A DNA stretch of 64,000 bases from Myxococcales bacterium (lineage in GTDB: Bacteria > Myxococcota_A > Polyangia > Polyangiales > DASUME01), in NCBI GenBank assembly GCA_047601445.1, contig JASGJH010000001.1, positions 5,888,001 through 5,952,000 of the forward strand. The letters are read 5' to 3'. The notes under the pieces were generated by a model. The model was not told the DNA's origin, searched no databases, and saw only the letters and a program-made list of their open reading frames with translations. Positions 1 through 8,514 of this stretch are shown here, one piece after another; the first letter of the stretch is position 1; each line of letters begins with the position of its first letter. Both the position numbers and the translations under genes were made by a program.

Positions 1-513
1 CCTGGCCAGCACGGGCAGCGGCGCCGCAAGGAGACGGAGTTCGGCAAGCGCCTCAAGGAGAAGCAGAAGCTGCGCATGAACTACGGCGTGTCCGAGCGTC
101 AGATGCGCATCGTGTTCAAGCAGGCGTCCCGCAGCAAGCTCAACACGGGCACCAAGCTCGTGGAGCTGCTCGAGCGCCGTCTGGACAACGTGGTGTTCCG
201 CGCGGGTTTCGCGGCTTCCATCCCGGCCGCGCGCCAGCTCGTGAATCACGGGCACCTGCGTGTGAACGGCCGCCGCGTGGACATCGCGTCCTACCGCGTG
301 AAGGTCGGCGACGTGATCGCGGTGCAACCCAAGTCGAAGGACCTGGCGTGCGTGCTGAGCTCGCTCGAGGCCAAGCGCGGCTGGGACACCAGCTGGCTCA
401 CGCCCAACAAAGAGGAGCGCAGCGTCATCGTGAACGCCCTGCCCGACGAGAGTGCGGTGTTGTTCCCGCTCGAAGTGCAGTTGGTGATCGAGTTCTACGC
501 GCAGGGCAGCTGA
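1..513 (+). CDS. rpsD: 30S ribosomal protein S4 (5'-truncated by window edge); stand-alone copy
   Basis: Frame open from base 1: PGQHG..RRKETEFGKRLKEKQKLRMNYG, LERRLDNVVFRAGFA, ARQLVNHGH, VIEFY. These are S4 signatures. Not followed by rpoA. Confidence 0.95.
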   Translation, partial: PGQHGQRRRKETEFGKRLKEKQKLRMNYGVSERQMRIVFKQASRSKLNTGTKLVELLERRLDNVVFRAGFAASIPAARQLVNHGHLRVNGRRVDIASYRVKVGDVIAVQPKSKDLACVLSSLEAKRGWDTSWLTPNKEERSVIVNALPDESAVLFPLEVQLVIEFYAQGS

Positions 514-553
514 CGACCGGCCGAGCCCAACACTCCGCTGGCATCGACCTAGC

Positions 554-674
554 TCCCCCTGTGTGTAACAGGGGGACGGTTCTCGGTTTCTCGGTTTCGC
601 GGAGGTGAAGCCGAGAACCGAGAACCGTCTTCTCTTGCAGCTGCGAAACCGAGAAGCCGAAAACCGTCCCCCTG
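554..674. repeat. Intergenic inverted-repeat element (REP/MITE-like)
   Basis: 569-600 CAGGGGGACGGTTCTCGGTTTCTCGGTTTCGC pairs with 643-674 at 30/32 positions. A third partial arm lies at 611-629 and an extra 9-bp hairpin at 554-576. Confidence 0.8.
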
Positions 675-743
675 CGTGCGTGCCGAAGGTCTTGTCGCGG
701 CGCGCGGAGTCGCGCATGCTGCGCGGGCGGAGCTCGAAGACAG

Positions 744-1376
744 GTGAAGTCGCAACGCAGTGGTGCATCGCTTACGCAGCAAGCGATGGCGAATCGGATC
801 TTGGAAGCGGCCTCACGCGCCTTTGGTCGGCTCGGGTATGCCGCGGTGCGCGTGGAGGACATCCTGCTCGAGGCCGAGATCTCGCGGCCCACGTTCTACA
901 AGGCGTTCCGCACCAAGGAAGGGGTGTTCCAGGCGCTCTCGGAGCGTCATCATCTCGAGATCCGCGAGCGCATCCGCGCGGTGAGCCTGGAGTCGCTCGA
1001 GCCGCTACAAATGCTGGCCCGCATGGTGGACACCTTCTTGACCTGGCGCGCTGGTCTCGGGCCGGTCGGGCGCGTGCTCGACGTGGAAGCTCGCACCCCG
1101 GGCAGCTGCATCGCGGGGGATCGCAAGAAGACCCTGCAAGAGATGACCTCGCTGCTCAACCAGCAGCTCACGGCGAGCGGACGCCGGGCCGTGGATCCCA
1201 CCTTTCTGGTGGCCTTGATCGCGGCGCTGGAGAGCCTGGCCGACTCGTTGCTCTCCGGTAAAAAGCGCATCGATTCCGCGGCCATGAATCGCGCGCGGGC
1301 CATCGCGCTGCGGCTGGTGAGCGGCGCTCTGGCAAACCCCGGCGAGGCCCTGCCGCCGCTGCCCGAGCCGCCCTGA
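744..1376 (+). CDS. TetR/AcrR family transcriptional regulator
   Basis: N-terminal HTH RILEAASRAFGRLGYAAVRVEDILLEAEISRPTFYKAF. Start could be 786. Confidence 0.9.
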   Translation: MKSQRSGASLTQQAMANRILEAASRAFGRLGYAAVRVEDILLEAEISRPTFYKAFRTKEGVFQALSERHHLEIRERIRAVSLESLEPLQMLARMVDTFLTWRAGLGPVGRVLDVEARTPGSCIAGDRKKTLQEMTSLLNQQLTASGRRAVDPTFLVALIAALESLADSLLSGKKRIDSAAMNRARAIALRLVSGALANPGEALPPLPEPP

Positions 1377-1391
1377 GACGGCAACGCGTGG

Positions 1392-1430
1392 TTGACACGC
1401 GTGTTAGCTTAACTAAACATGCGTGTTAGC
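1392..1430 (+). promoter_or_regulatory. Sigma70-like -35 (TTGACA) overlapped by two tandem palindromic operators, probably TetR sites
   Basis: TGACAC-GC-GTGTTA (1393-1406) and AAACAT-GC-GTGTTA (1415-1428), 22 bp apart. RBS GGAGG 1434-1438 precedes ATG 1447. Confidence 0.7.
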
Positions 1431-1446
1431 TACGGAGGAAACTCGC

Positions 1447-2586
1447 ATGAACCCGCTTCAGCTCTCGTCTCCCGTCGACGCCCGCCTGCCCTGGGTGCGC
1501 ACCGTCGGCGCCCTCGAGTCGGCGCGCGCCGTCTCGTCTCCCGCCGCGCGGCAGCGCGCGCTCGAGCAGGCAGGTCGCAAGTTGGGTGATGCCCTGCGCA
1601 GCGGCTCACGCGTTGTCGCCGTGCGCACGCTGCCCACCACCAAGGCCCCCTATCCCACGCGCTTCGCCTTCAACGGCACCGTGCACGAGCTGTTCTCGGG
1701 TGGCCTCCTGCTCATGAGCAACCGCTCGCTCCTCGTGCAGCTCGAGACCAGCGAGGGGCTCAAGAACGTGCTCTTCAACCCGACCGACGGCCCCACCAAC
1801 CAGGCCACACCCTTCTATCAGCGCTTGATCGAGCGCACCCCCGGCTTCATCGCGAGCATGCTGATGCCACCGCCCAATCGCTGCGCCGAGCAGCTCGCGG
1901 CGCTCGGGCTCGGCTGCGAGGACGTCGACGTCATCGCGTTCGATCACTTCCACACCCAGGATTTGCGACCCTTGCTGGGAGGAGGCGGCTTCACGGCGCG
2001 CTTCCCCAATGCCTACCTGCTCGCGCCGAAGGTGGAGTGGGAGGACTGGGATGACCTGCCCATGCTGCAGCGGGCTTGGTTCGTGGCCGACGGCAAGCGC
2101 GGGGTGCCCATGGAGCGCGTCGTCCTGTTCGATGCAGACTTGCACCTGGGCGAGGGCTGCGTGCTGTTGCGCACGCCGGGCCACACGCGCGGCAATCAGA
2201 CGCTCTTCGTCTACGGGGAGCAGGGCATCTTCGGCAGCTCCGAGAACGGCACCAGCGCCGACAACTGGTCCCCGCGTGCATCGCGCATGCCGGGCATGCG
2301 GCGCGCGGCCGAGCACCTGGATCTGGACGTAGTCATCAACAGCAACACGCCCGAGCTCACCGTGGAGCAGCAGATCTCCATGATGCTCGAGCGCTCCGTG
2401 GTGGATCGCGTGCGGGAGAATCCCGACTTCTTCCAGATGCTGCCCTCCAGTGAGGTCACCTGGAGTCCGCTCGCGCCTCACGTGCGCCCCACGCACTGGT
2501 TCGGCGAGCTGAAGAGCGGCGAGGTGCGGCCGAGGCGCGCGCTCGAGCGGCGCCAGGGAGCGAACAGGAAAGAGGTACGCCCGTGA
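1447..2586 (+). CDS. Metallo-beta-lactamase-fold hydrolase with variant metal motif
   Basis: DVDVIAFDHFHTQD (HxHxxD-like) and RTPGHT motifs; good RBS. Confidence 0.7.
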   Translation: MNPLQLSSPVDARLPWVRTVGALESARAVSSPAARQRALEQAGRKLGDALRSGSRVVAVRTLPTTKAPYPTRFAFNGTVHELFSGGLLLMSNRSLLVQLETSEGLKNVLFNPTDGPTNQATPFYQRLIERTPGFIASMLMPPPNRCAEQLAALGLGCEDVDVIAFDHFHTQDLRPLLGGGGFTARFPNAYLLAPKVEWEDWDDLPMLQRAWFVADGKRGVPMERVVLFDADLHLGEGCVLLRTPGHTRGNQTLFVYGEQGIFGSSENGTSADNWSPRASRMPGMRRAAEHLDLDVVINSNTPELTVEQQISMMLERSVVDRVRENPDFFQMLPSSEVTWSPLAPHVRPTHWFGELKSGEVRPRRALERRQGANRKEVRP

Positions 2587-3425
2587 GTCCCAGCGACACG
2601 CCCGTATCCATGCTGAGCGGCGCCGCCAGCGGCATCGGTCGGCACATGGCCGAAGTGCTGGCGCGGCAGGGGCATCGCCTGGTGCTACTCGACATCGACC
2701 AGGCAGGGCTCACGGGTGTGGCCGAGCAGCTGGGCCTCTCCGCCGAGCGCGCCCTCGTGCGGCGGCTCGACGTGCGGGACGCGGCGGGTTGGCAGGCTGT
2801 CGTAGAGGAGTGCGTGGAGCGCTTCGGACGGCTCGACACCATGCTCAACATCGCGGGCTTCTTGCGGCCGGGCAACCTGGTCGACGTGAGCGCCGAGCTG
2901 CTGTCGCAGCATATCGACGTGAACACCAAGGGCGCCATGATCGCAACCTGGGCGGGCGCGCGACAGATGGTGAAGCAGGGGAGCGGGCAGATCATCAACG
3001 TGGCCAGCATCGCGGCGCTCTCCCACGTTCCGGGCCTCGCAGCCTACGCGGCCTCCAAGCATGCGGTGCGGGGGTTCTCGCTGTCGGTGGCCCACGAGCT
3101 ACGTCCGCGCGGGGTGTTCGTGTCGGTGCTGTGCCCGGACGCGGTGGAGACGCCGATGCTGACGCTGCAGGAGGACTACGCGGAGGCGCGCATGACCTTC
3201 GGGGCGCGTCGTGCGCTGAGTGTGGGAGAAGTGGAAGCGGCCATTCTGCGGATCATGCGCACGCATGAGCTCGAGGTGGTGCTCGACGTGCCCCTTAGCG
3301 GGCGTGCCCAGGCGGCCAAGTTGGCCAACATGTTCCCGCGCCTCACGCGGATGGCGCACCGCTTCATCAGTGCTCGCGGTGGCGCGGTGCAGCGAGCCCG
3401 GCTGGACGCAAAGGCCCGCGCCTGA
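2583..3425 (+). CDS. Short-chain dehydrogenase/reductase
   Basis: SGAASGIG, NIAG, IINVAS, YAASK. GTGA overlap with the upstream gene. Confidence 0.92.
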   Translation: MSPSDTPVSMLSGAASGIGRHMAEVLARQGHRLVLLDIDQAGLTGVAEQLGLSAERALVRRLDVRDAAGWQAVVEECVERFGRLDTMLNIAGFLRPGNLVDVSAELLSQHIDVNTKGAMIATWAGARQMVKQGSGQIINVASIAALSHVPGLAAYAASKHAVRGFSLSVAHELRPRGVFVSVLCPDAVETPMLTLQEDYAEARMTFGARRALSVGEVEAAILRIMRTHELEVVLDVPLSGRAQAAKLANMFPRLTRMAHRFISARGGAVQRARLDAKARA

Positions 3426-3544
3426 GCGCATGCGCGTGGCGTCGCCCAGCTACGCCTGTGAACGAAAGGCACGCTCCGTGAGCCCGGGGCGCACAAAAGT
3501 GGGGTGCGGCGCCCGCTTTGGGGGGACAAATCACGCTTCTCGGC

Positions 3545-3560
3545 TGGCACGGACAGTGCT
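3545..3560 (+). promoter_or_regulatory. Candidate sigma54 -24/-12 promoter
   Basis: TGGCACG-GACA-GTGCT with correct GG-N10-GC spacing, just upstream of ATGs at 3573 and 3588. Confidence 0.45.
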
Positions 3561-3572
3561 CACCGAGTCGTC

Positions 3573-4556
3573 ATGCCCTTCCTTCGGATGTGGCGAGTCG
3601 GCCTGCGCCGGCTCGCGGCGCTGACGTGCGTCCTCTTGCTGAGCGGACTGGCCGCCCCGCGTGCGCGCGCGGACGCGTTGCGGCGCCTGGATCGCGAGAT
3701 GGACGGTCATCGCGACAGGGATGAGCACGATGATGACGATGACGACGACGGGGGGAGCCACTGGACCTTCAACGTTAACCGGACTTCTGGATCGAGCGGC
3801 TCCAGCTACGACGATGATGACGACTCCAGCGGCGGCACCGATTCGCCCTTCGGCCGCGCGATCGCCATGATGATCCTGTTCCCTTGGAGCGCTCCCCATC
3901 TCGGGCTCGAGAGCCCGCCTCTGCCGGGATACGCGGAACCCAGCGTGCACAACAGCTGCATGAGCAGCTACGCCGCAGTGCCTTATCAACAAGGGCGTGG
4001 CTTGCTGCGCAATGCGTGCGACGAGTCCACGCTGGGCGAGAAGCGTTCGGTGTTGATGGTCTCGGGCGAGTCGGGCTTCATGCTGCAGAACGTGGTGCCT
4101 GCGTCCTTCGGAGTGCGCCTCCTGTTACCCAAGCGCTTCGAGCTCAGTGGACGTGTGGACATCCTCAAGGACCTGGCGCGTGCGGCGGATCAAGCGGTGA
4201 TGGCCACCGCCCACTTGAACTATCGCTTCGCCCAGTCGCAGTACGTGGACTTTCGCACGGGCGTGGGACCGCGCCTGTTCAAGCTCGACGAACTGCGCCT
4301 CGGGGCCGACCTTCTGTATGCTTTCGACGTCTACGGCAAGCGCCCGATCGTGTTCCGTGCGGAGCTGCACGCGGGCTTCATGCACCGAAATGGCTCCGAT
4401 AAACCAGCGGTCTTCGGGCAGGCGCGCGCCACGATCGGCTACATGTTCGATCGGGTCGAGGTCTACGCAGGCTATGACCACTTGAAGATGGCCGACCCGT
4501 ACGGACCGGGCATGCCCCTGGGTGGGCCCATCGCCGGCCTTCGCGGCTGGTTTTGA
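3573..4556 (+). CDS. Hypothetical exported protein, probable outer-membrane beta-barrel C-terminus
   Basis: Signal peptide (RRLAALTCVLLLSGLAAPRARA), poly-Asp tracts, alternating-hydrophobic strands and terminal LRGWF. Start uncertain. Confidence 0.6.
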   Translation: MPFLRMWRVGLRRLAALTCVLLLSGLAAPRARADALRRLDREMDGHRDRDEHDDDDDDDGGSHWTFNVNRTSGSSGSSYDDDDDSSGGTDSPFGRAIAMMILFPWSAPHLGLESPPLPGYAEPSVHNSCMSSYAAVPYQQGRGLLRNACDESTLGEKRSVLMVSGESGFMLQNVVPASFGVRLLLPKRFELSGRVDILKDLARAADQAVMATAHLNYRFAQSQYVDFRTGVGPRLFKLDELRLGADLLYAFDVYGKRPIVFRAELHAGFMHRNGSDKPAVFGQARATIGYMFDRVEVYAGYDHLKMADPYGPGMPLGGPIAGLRGWF

Positions 4557-4636
4557 AGCGCACGCGCCGGGCTCGTGGCGAGCGAGCCCCGGCTGCGTCG
4601 ATGTAGAGGGCGCGAGGTCGAGCGTTGCTTCGGGGC

Positions 4637-5740
4637 TCAGCCGGCGTCGGCGCCGGACTGGGTCTTGGGGTAGCAGACCTTGCCGGCGCTGTTGCCGCCG
4701 AGCGGGTGCTTGGTGCACGCGTAGCCGCTGCGGCAATCGGTGGCCTCGCTGCACCCCTTGAAGCAGCTGGATCCGCCGATGCACACGCCGTCCGCGCCGC
4801 AGTCGCTGTTGGCGGTGCAGCGTCCCACGCAGTAGCCACCGGGGTACTTCTCACCGGAGAAGCCCATTTCGCGGCAGGTACCCGAGCCGCAATCGGTCTC
4901 CTCGGTCTCGGGCGTGCAGGCCTTGCCCACCACCCCGTCGGCCAAGGGATCTCCCTTGCGCACGCAGGCGCTCTTACCGTTCACGTCTCCGCAGCCCCAG
5001 CCCATGGCGTCGTTCTGACAGTCGCCGTCTTTGCTGCAGGCCTCGCGACAAGTGCCCGACGAACCGTAGATGCCGGGGATGCACACGCCGCCCGCGCCGC
5101 AATCCGCGTCGGCCGCGCACGTGCCCGTGCAGTAGCCGCCAGCCGAATTGGAAGCTTCGGCGCAGGTGCCGTCGCCACAGTCCGCGCTGGCCTTGCAGGT
5201 CTTGCCTGCTTGGTCGGCCTCGAGCTTGTCGACCGGGGGCAGCGGCTGGCACGTATCGGGTGCCTCGAACTGGGAGATGTCGATGCCTGCGTCTGCGTCG
5301 ACCTCGATGTTGGTGGTGGCGCACTCCTGGCCCTGCTCGCAGTCGCCGCTTGCCTTGCAGCCACGGCGACACTCGCCCGGACTGCCGAGCACGGAGCCGA
5401 AGCACACGCCCCCAGAGCCACACTGGTTGTTCTGCGTGCAGGCGGCGCTGCAGTAGCCGTTCGGCGCGGGGAGCGCGGCTCCGAGTCGGCCGAGGGTGCC
5501 ACCCGTCAGTTCGCTCGCGCATGACCCACCGGTGCAGGTGTCACCATCTTTTTGGCAGCTCTTGCCGGCGATGCCATCGGCCAAGTTTCCGGTCGCGAGA
5601 TCGCCGTCGCCGTCGCCAGTGGCTCCGTTCTGGTCATTGCCCTTCGGCGTGGTGTCCTCGCCGCACGCGGTTACCAGAAAGGTCAACGCGCCCATCGCCG
5701 CCACCCACGTTCGCCGTACACCTTTGCGCTGGTTCTGCAT
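4637..5740 (-). CDS. Cys-rich repeat lipoprotein (three disulfide-rich modules)
   Basis: Lipobox FLVTA-C; GDGDGD linker; three repeats of GKxC..DCG.G.C..GYC...C..(D/N).(D/Q)CG..GVC..C...C. Confidence 0.8.
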   Translation of the reverse strand: MQNQRKGVRRTWVAAMGALTFLVTACGEDTTPKGNDQNGATGDGDGDLATGNLADGIAGKSCQKDGDTCTGGSCASELTGGTLGRLGAALPAPNGYCSAACTQNNQCGSGGVCFGSVLGSPGECRRGCKASGDCEQGQECATTNIEVDADAGIDISQFEAPDTCQPLPPVDKLEADQAGKTCKASADCGDGTCAEASNSAGGYCTGTCAADADCGAGGVCIPGIYGSSGTCREACSKDGDCQNDAMGWGCGDVNGKSACVRKGDPLADGVVGKACTPETEETDCGSGTCREMGFSGEKYPGGYCVGRCTANSDCGADGVCIGGSSCFKGCSEATDCRSGYACTKHPLGGNSAGKVCYPKTQSGADAG

Positions 5741-5881
5741 GTGCTCGCCTCTCCACGTTCGAAGTCCGTCGCAGTCGCAGCGCGCGGTACGCTGCGCGCG
5801 TCGTGACGGAGTGGGCTGCACGCTAACACCAGTCGAAATCCGAGCGGCGCATTCTTTGTTATCCGATTCGATCAACGCGGC

Positions 5882-5911
5882 CGATCGCGCTGGAAGTTTT
5901 CAGCGCGATCG
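5882..5911. terminator. Intergenic hairpin (possible terminator or operator)
   Basis: CGATCGCGCTG-gaagtttt-CAGCGCGATCG, an 11-bp perfect stem downstream of the minus-strand SDR. No U-tract. Confidence 0.4.
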
Positions 5912-5993
5912 ATCCTCGCGTCGCCATCGGTACGCGCGAGCCTGTCAGTCCGGTCAGTTGATGCAGCCAGGCCAGTCACGCGCGCGCTGTCGG

Positions 5994-6833
5994 TCACTGC
6001 GCGAGCATGCGCTTCCGGCGCAGCTTGGCGCCTTCTGCGATGAGACGCTGATAGCCCGTGGGCAGCAGGCGCTGCATGAGGTCGATGGCCACCGCGTCGG
6101 GTCCGATGAGCACGCGCCGTGAATTGCCCAGGATGCCGTTGACGATGTCCGCGGCCGCAGAGTCGGCCGTGGTGATGAAGGCCTTCTCGAAGTCCTTGGT
6201 GGAACTCGCGCTGACGACGCCCTTGCGCTCCGTGGTGCGCGCGCTGCGGGCGATGTTGGTCTTGATGCCTCCGGGATGCACGCAGGTGACACCGATGTTG
6301 CTGCCCTCGAGCTCGAGCTCCAGGCGTAGCGCCTCGGTGAAGCCCTTCACGGCGAACTTGGACGCGTTGTAGGTGGCCTGGGCGGGCACGGCGATCAGGC
6401 CGAACACGCTCGAGACGTTCACGATGGCGCCTTCACCGGCGCGCTTGATGTGCGGCAAGAAAGCCTTGGTGCCGTACACCACGCCCCAGAAGTTGATGCC
6501 CATCAGCCACTCGAAGTCGCTGTAGCTCACGTCCTCCACCGTGGCGCCCACCGTGACGCCGGCGTTGTTCAAGATCACGTTGACCTTGCCGTGCTCGCGC
6601 ACCGTGGCCTCGGCCCACTCGTACATGGCCTCGCGGTTCGCGACGTCCACGCGGGTTTCGGTGACCTTCACGCCCAGCTTGCGGCAGTTCTCCGCAGTCT
6701 CGGCGAGTCCCTTGGTGTCCACGTCGGACAGCGAGAGATGACAGCCCAGCTTCGCCAGGCGCAACGCCGTGGCGCGACCGATGCCCGATGCTGCGCCCGT
6801 GATGGCCGCGACTTTTCCATTGAGTGATTTCAT
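5994..6833 (-). CDS. Short-chain dehydrogenase/reductase
   Basis: TGAASGIG, NNAG, VNVSS, YNASK. Confidence 0.93.
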   Translation of the reverse strand: MKSLNGKVAAITGAASGIGRATALRLAKLGCHLSLSDVDTKGLAETAENCRKLGVKVTETRVDVANREAMYEWAEATVREHGKVNVILNNAGVTVGATVEDVSYSDFEWLMGINFWGVVYGTKAFLPHIKRAGEGAIVNVSSVFGLIAVPAQATYNASKFAVKGFTEALRLELELEGSNIGVTCVHPGGIKTNIARSARTTERKGVVSASSTKDFEKAFITTADSAAADIVNGILGNSRRVLIGPDAVAIDLMQRLLPTGYQRLIAEGAKLRRKRMLAQ

Positions 6834-6846
6834 GTTGCTGCCTGCC

Positions 6847-7599
6847 TTACTTGCGCACGGGCGCGTCGGCCCGTGCGGACTCGGGGTTGAGATCGACGTC
6901 GAGAGACTCGAGGTGAAACAGGGCCTGGGTGAGCTCCTGCGGCGTCGCGAGGAGGCCGAAGGCGAGCCGCAGCATGGCGTCGCGCGTGGCCTTCCAGGCG
7001 TTGGCGTCGCGGGCGGTCTCGAGGTGGTAGTGGTAGCCGAGGAACTCCACGCCTTGCAGCACGGTGTCGAGCACCAGCCGCGAGGGCTTGGGACGGCCTG
7101 CTTGCTCGGCGGCGCGCTCGAGCTCGCCGGCCAACAGCGCCATGATTTGCTTGCGATGACGAGAGGCCGGGGAAGCCGCGTCGTGGAGCTCTGCGAACAA
7201 CGGACGCAGCGCGAGTCCTAACTCCGCGCCCCAATCACGCCACGCTACGAGCGAAGCTTCCACCTTGGCGAGCGGGAGGCCTTCGGTGTCCTGCAGCGCG
7301 CGCAGCAGGCGGCGCATGAGGTCTTGATTGACCTCGCGGAACACCGTCTCCATGGCGTCGTCCATGGAGCGGAAGTGCTTGTAGAAGGTGGGCCGCGAGA
7401 GGCCGGACTCGGCCAGCACCAACTCCACGCTCAGGCCGCGGTAGCCGCCGCGCGCGAACACATTGCGCGTGGCATCGAGCAGAGTGCGCAGCACGAGCTC
7501 GTGCTCGGCAGCGCTCTTGGGCGGCCGGCCACGGGGACGACTCCGCGTACGCGGGGACGCAGCGCGGCGGGTCTCGCTGGAAGCGGTCTTGGCGGGCAC
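6847..7599 (-). CDS. TetR/AcrR family transcriptional regulator
   Basis: LLDATRNVFARGGYRGLSVELVLAESGLSRPTFYKHF; GGAGG RBS upstream of GTG. Confidence 0.9.
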   Translation of the reverse strand: MPAKTASSETRRAASPRTRSRPRGRPPKSAAEHELVLRTLLDATRNVFARGGYRGLSVELVLAESGLSRPTFYKHFRSMDDAMETVFREVNQDLMRRLLRALQDTEGLPLAKVEASLVAWRDWGAELGLALRPLFAELHDAASPASRHRKQIMALLAGELERAAEQAGRPKPSRLVLDTVLQGVEFLGYHYHLETARDANAWKATRDAMLRLAFGLLATPQELTQALFHLESLDVDLNPESARADAPVRK

Positions 7600-7627
7600 G
7601 AAGGTCCAACCTCCGCTCCCGGATTTA

Positions 7628-7647
7628 CGCTGACACGAGTGTCAGCG
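7628..7647. promoter_or_regulatory. Perfect palindromic operator upstream of second TetR
   Basis: CGCTGACAC-GA-GTGTCAGCG; same core as the sites at 1393 and 1415. Confidence 0.75.
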
Positions 7648-7749
7648 CAAATGAGAATGCAGCCCGACCCCCTCCGGTCACGGTTTTGGGGCACCACGCA
7701 CCTGCCCACGCCCCGTCTTCAGTGAGCCCGATCGCTTCGGGGAGCGGGG

Positions 7750-7780
7750 CAGGGGACGGTTTTCGCTTTTGCGCTTTCGG
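7750..7780. repeat. Degenerate single arm of the 554-674 repeat
   Basis: CAGGGGACGGTTTTCGCTTTTGCGCTTTCGG resembles CAGGGGGACGGTTTTCGGCTTCTCGGTTTCGC. Confidence 0.5.
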
Positions 7781-7789
7781 TGCGCGCGA

Positions 7790-8353
7790 TCAGAGCGGCA
7801 GGCAGAGGTAGTGCACCCAGTCGCATGTGCAGGAGTACTGGTCCTTCTTCTCGTTCTCCCAGCCGCAGCCCCAGTACGGGGGCACCCCGAGGCAGAGGCC
7901 GCCCACGATCGGGATCGGCGGAGGCTCGGGCGGGCACATGGCGTCGCTGCCCTTCTTGAGCTTCCACTTGCCGCCATCGGTGGGGGGCGGGACGCTGCCC
8001 GTTCCCGCATCGTCCACCGGCTTGTGAACGCCACCATCGCTGTCGACGATCACGCCGCCGTCGAAGCCGCCACCGGTGTCGCCATCGCCATCGCCGTCGC
8101 CGAATTCGCCGGTGTCGCCATCGCCGCTGGTGTCGCCGTCGCCCGCGGTATCGCCGTCGCCGCTGGTATCGCCGTCGCCGTCGCCGTCGCCATCGCCATC
8201 GCCATCGCCGTCGCCGGTGATGGCGCCAGGATCGCGGGTTTTGGCGTCTTCGCCGCAGGCGCCGAGGAGCAGCAGACCGGAGAGCACGGCGAGCCAAGCC
8301 AAGCGTCGACGCCCGGCCACTGAAACACTTTTGTGTGCAAGCAAGTGGAGCAT
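7790..8353 (-). CDS. Small lipoprotein with long GD-repeat linker and Cys-rich C-terminal domain
   Basis: Lipobox LLLGA-C; GDGDGDGD..TSGDGDTAGDGD tract; six Cys at the C-terminus. Start may be GTG near 8320. Confidence 0.75.
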   Translation of the reverse strand: MLHLLAHKSVSVAGRRRLAWLAVLSGLLLLGACGEDAKTRDPGAITGDGDGDGDGDGDGDGDTSGDGDTAGDGDTSGDGDTGEFGDGDGDGDTGGGFDGGVIVDSDGGVHKPVDDAGTGSVPPPTDGGKWKLKKGSDAMCPPEPPPIPIVGGLCLGVPPYWGCGWENEKKDQYSCTCDWVHYLCLPL

Positions 8354-8514
8354 GGGGCGGATGCTTGCATACCGATACGTATTCCGAACTGACAGCCTCG
8401 ACGTCGCGACTTACACCCTGGCCCGCTTATCGATGCGTCATCTGAAGGCCCGTAGACCAGCCCACGAACGGCGGTTTTCCGCAGGTGTCCCGCGGACTGA
8501 CTAGACTCGCTTCC

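Noticed and set aside
554..674. Possible CRISPR mini-array
   Set aside because: The repeats are inverted, lack unique spacers of regular length, and there are no cas genes in the window.
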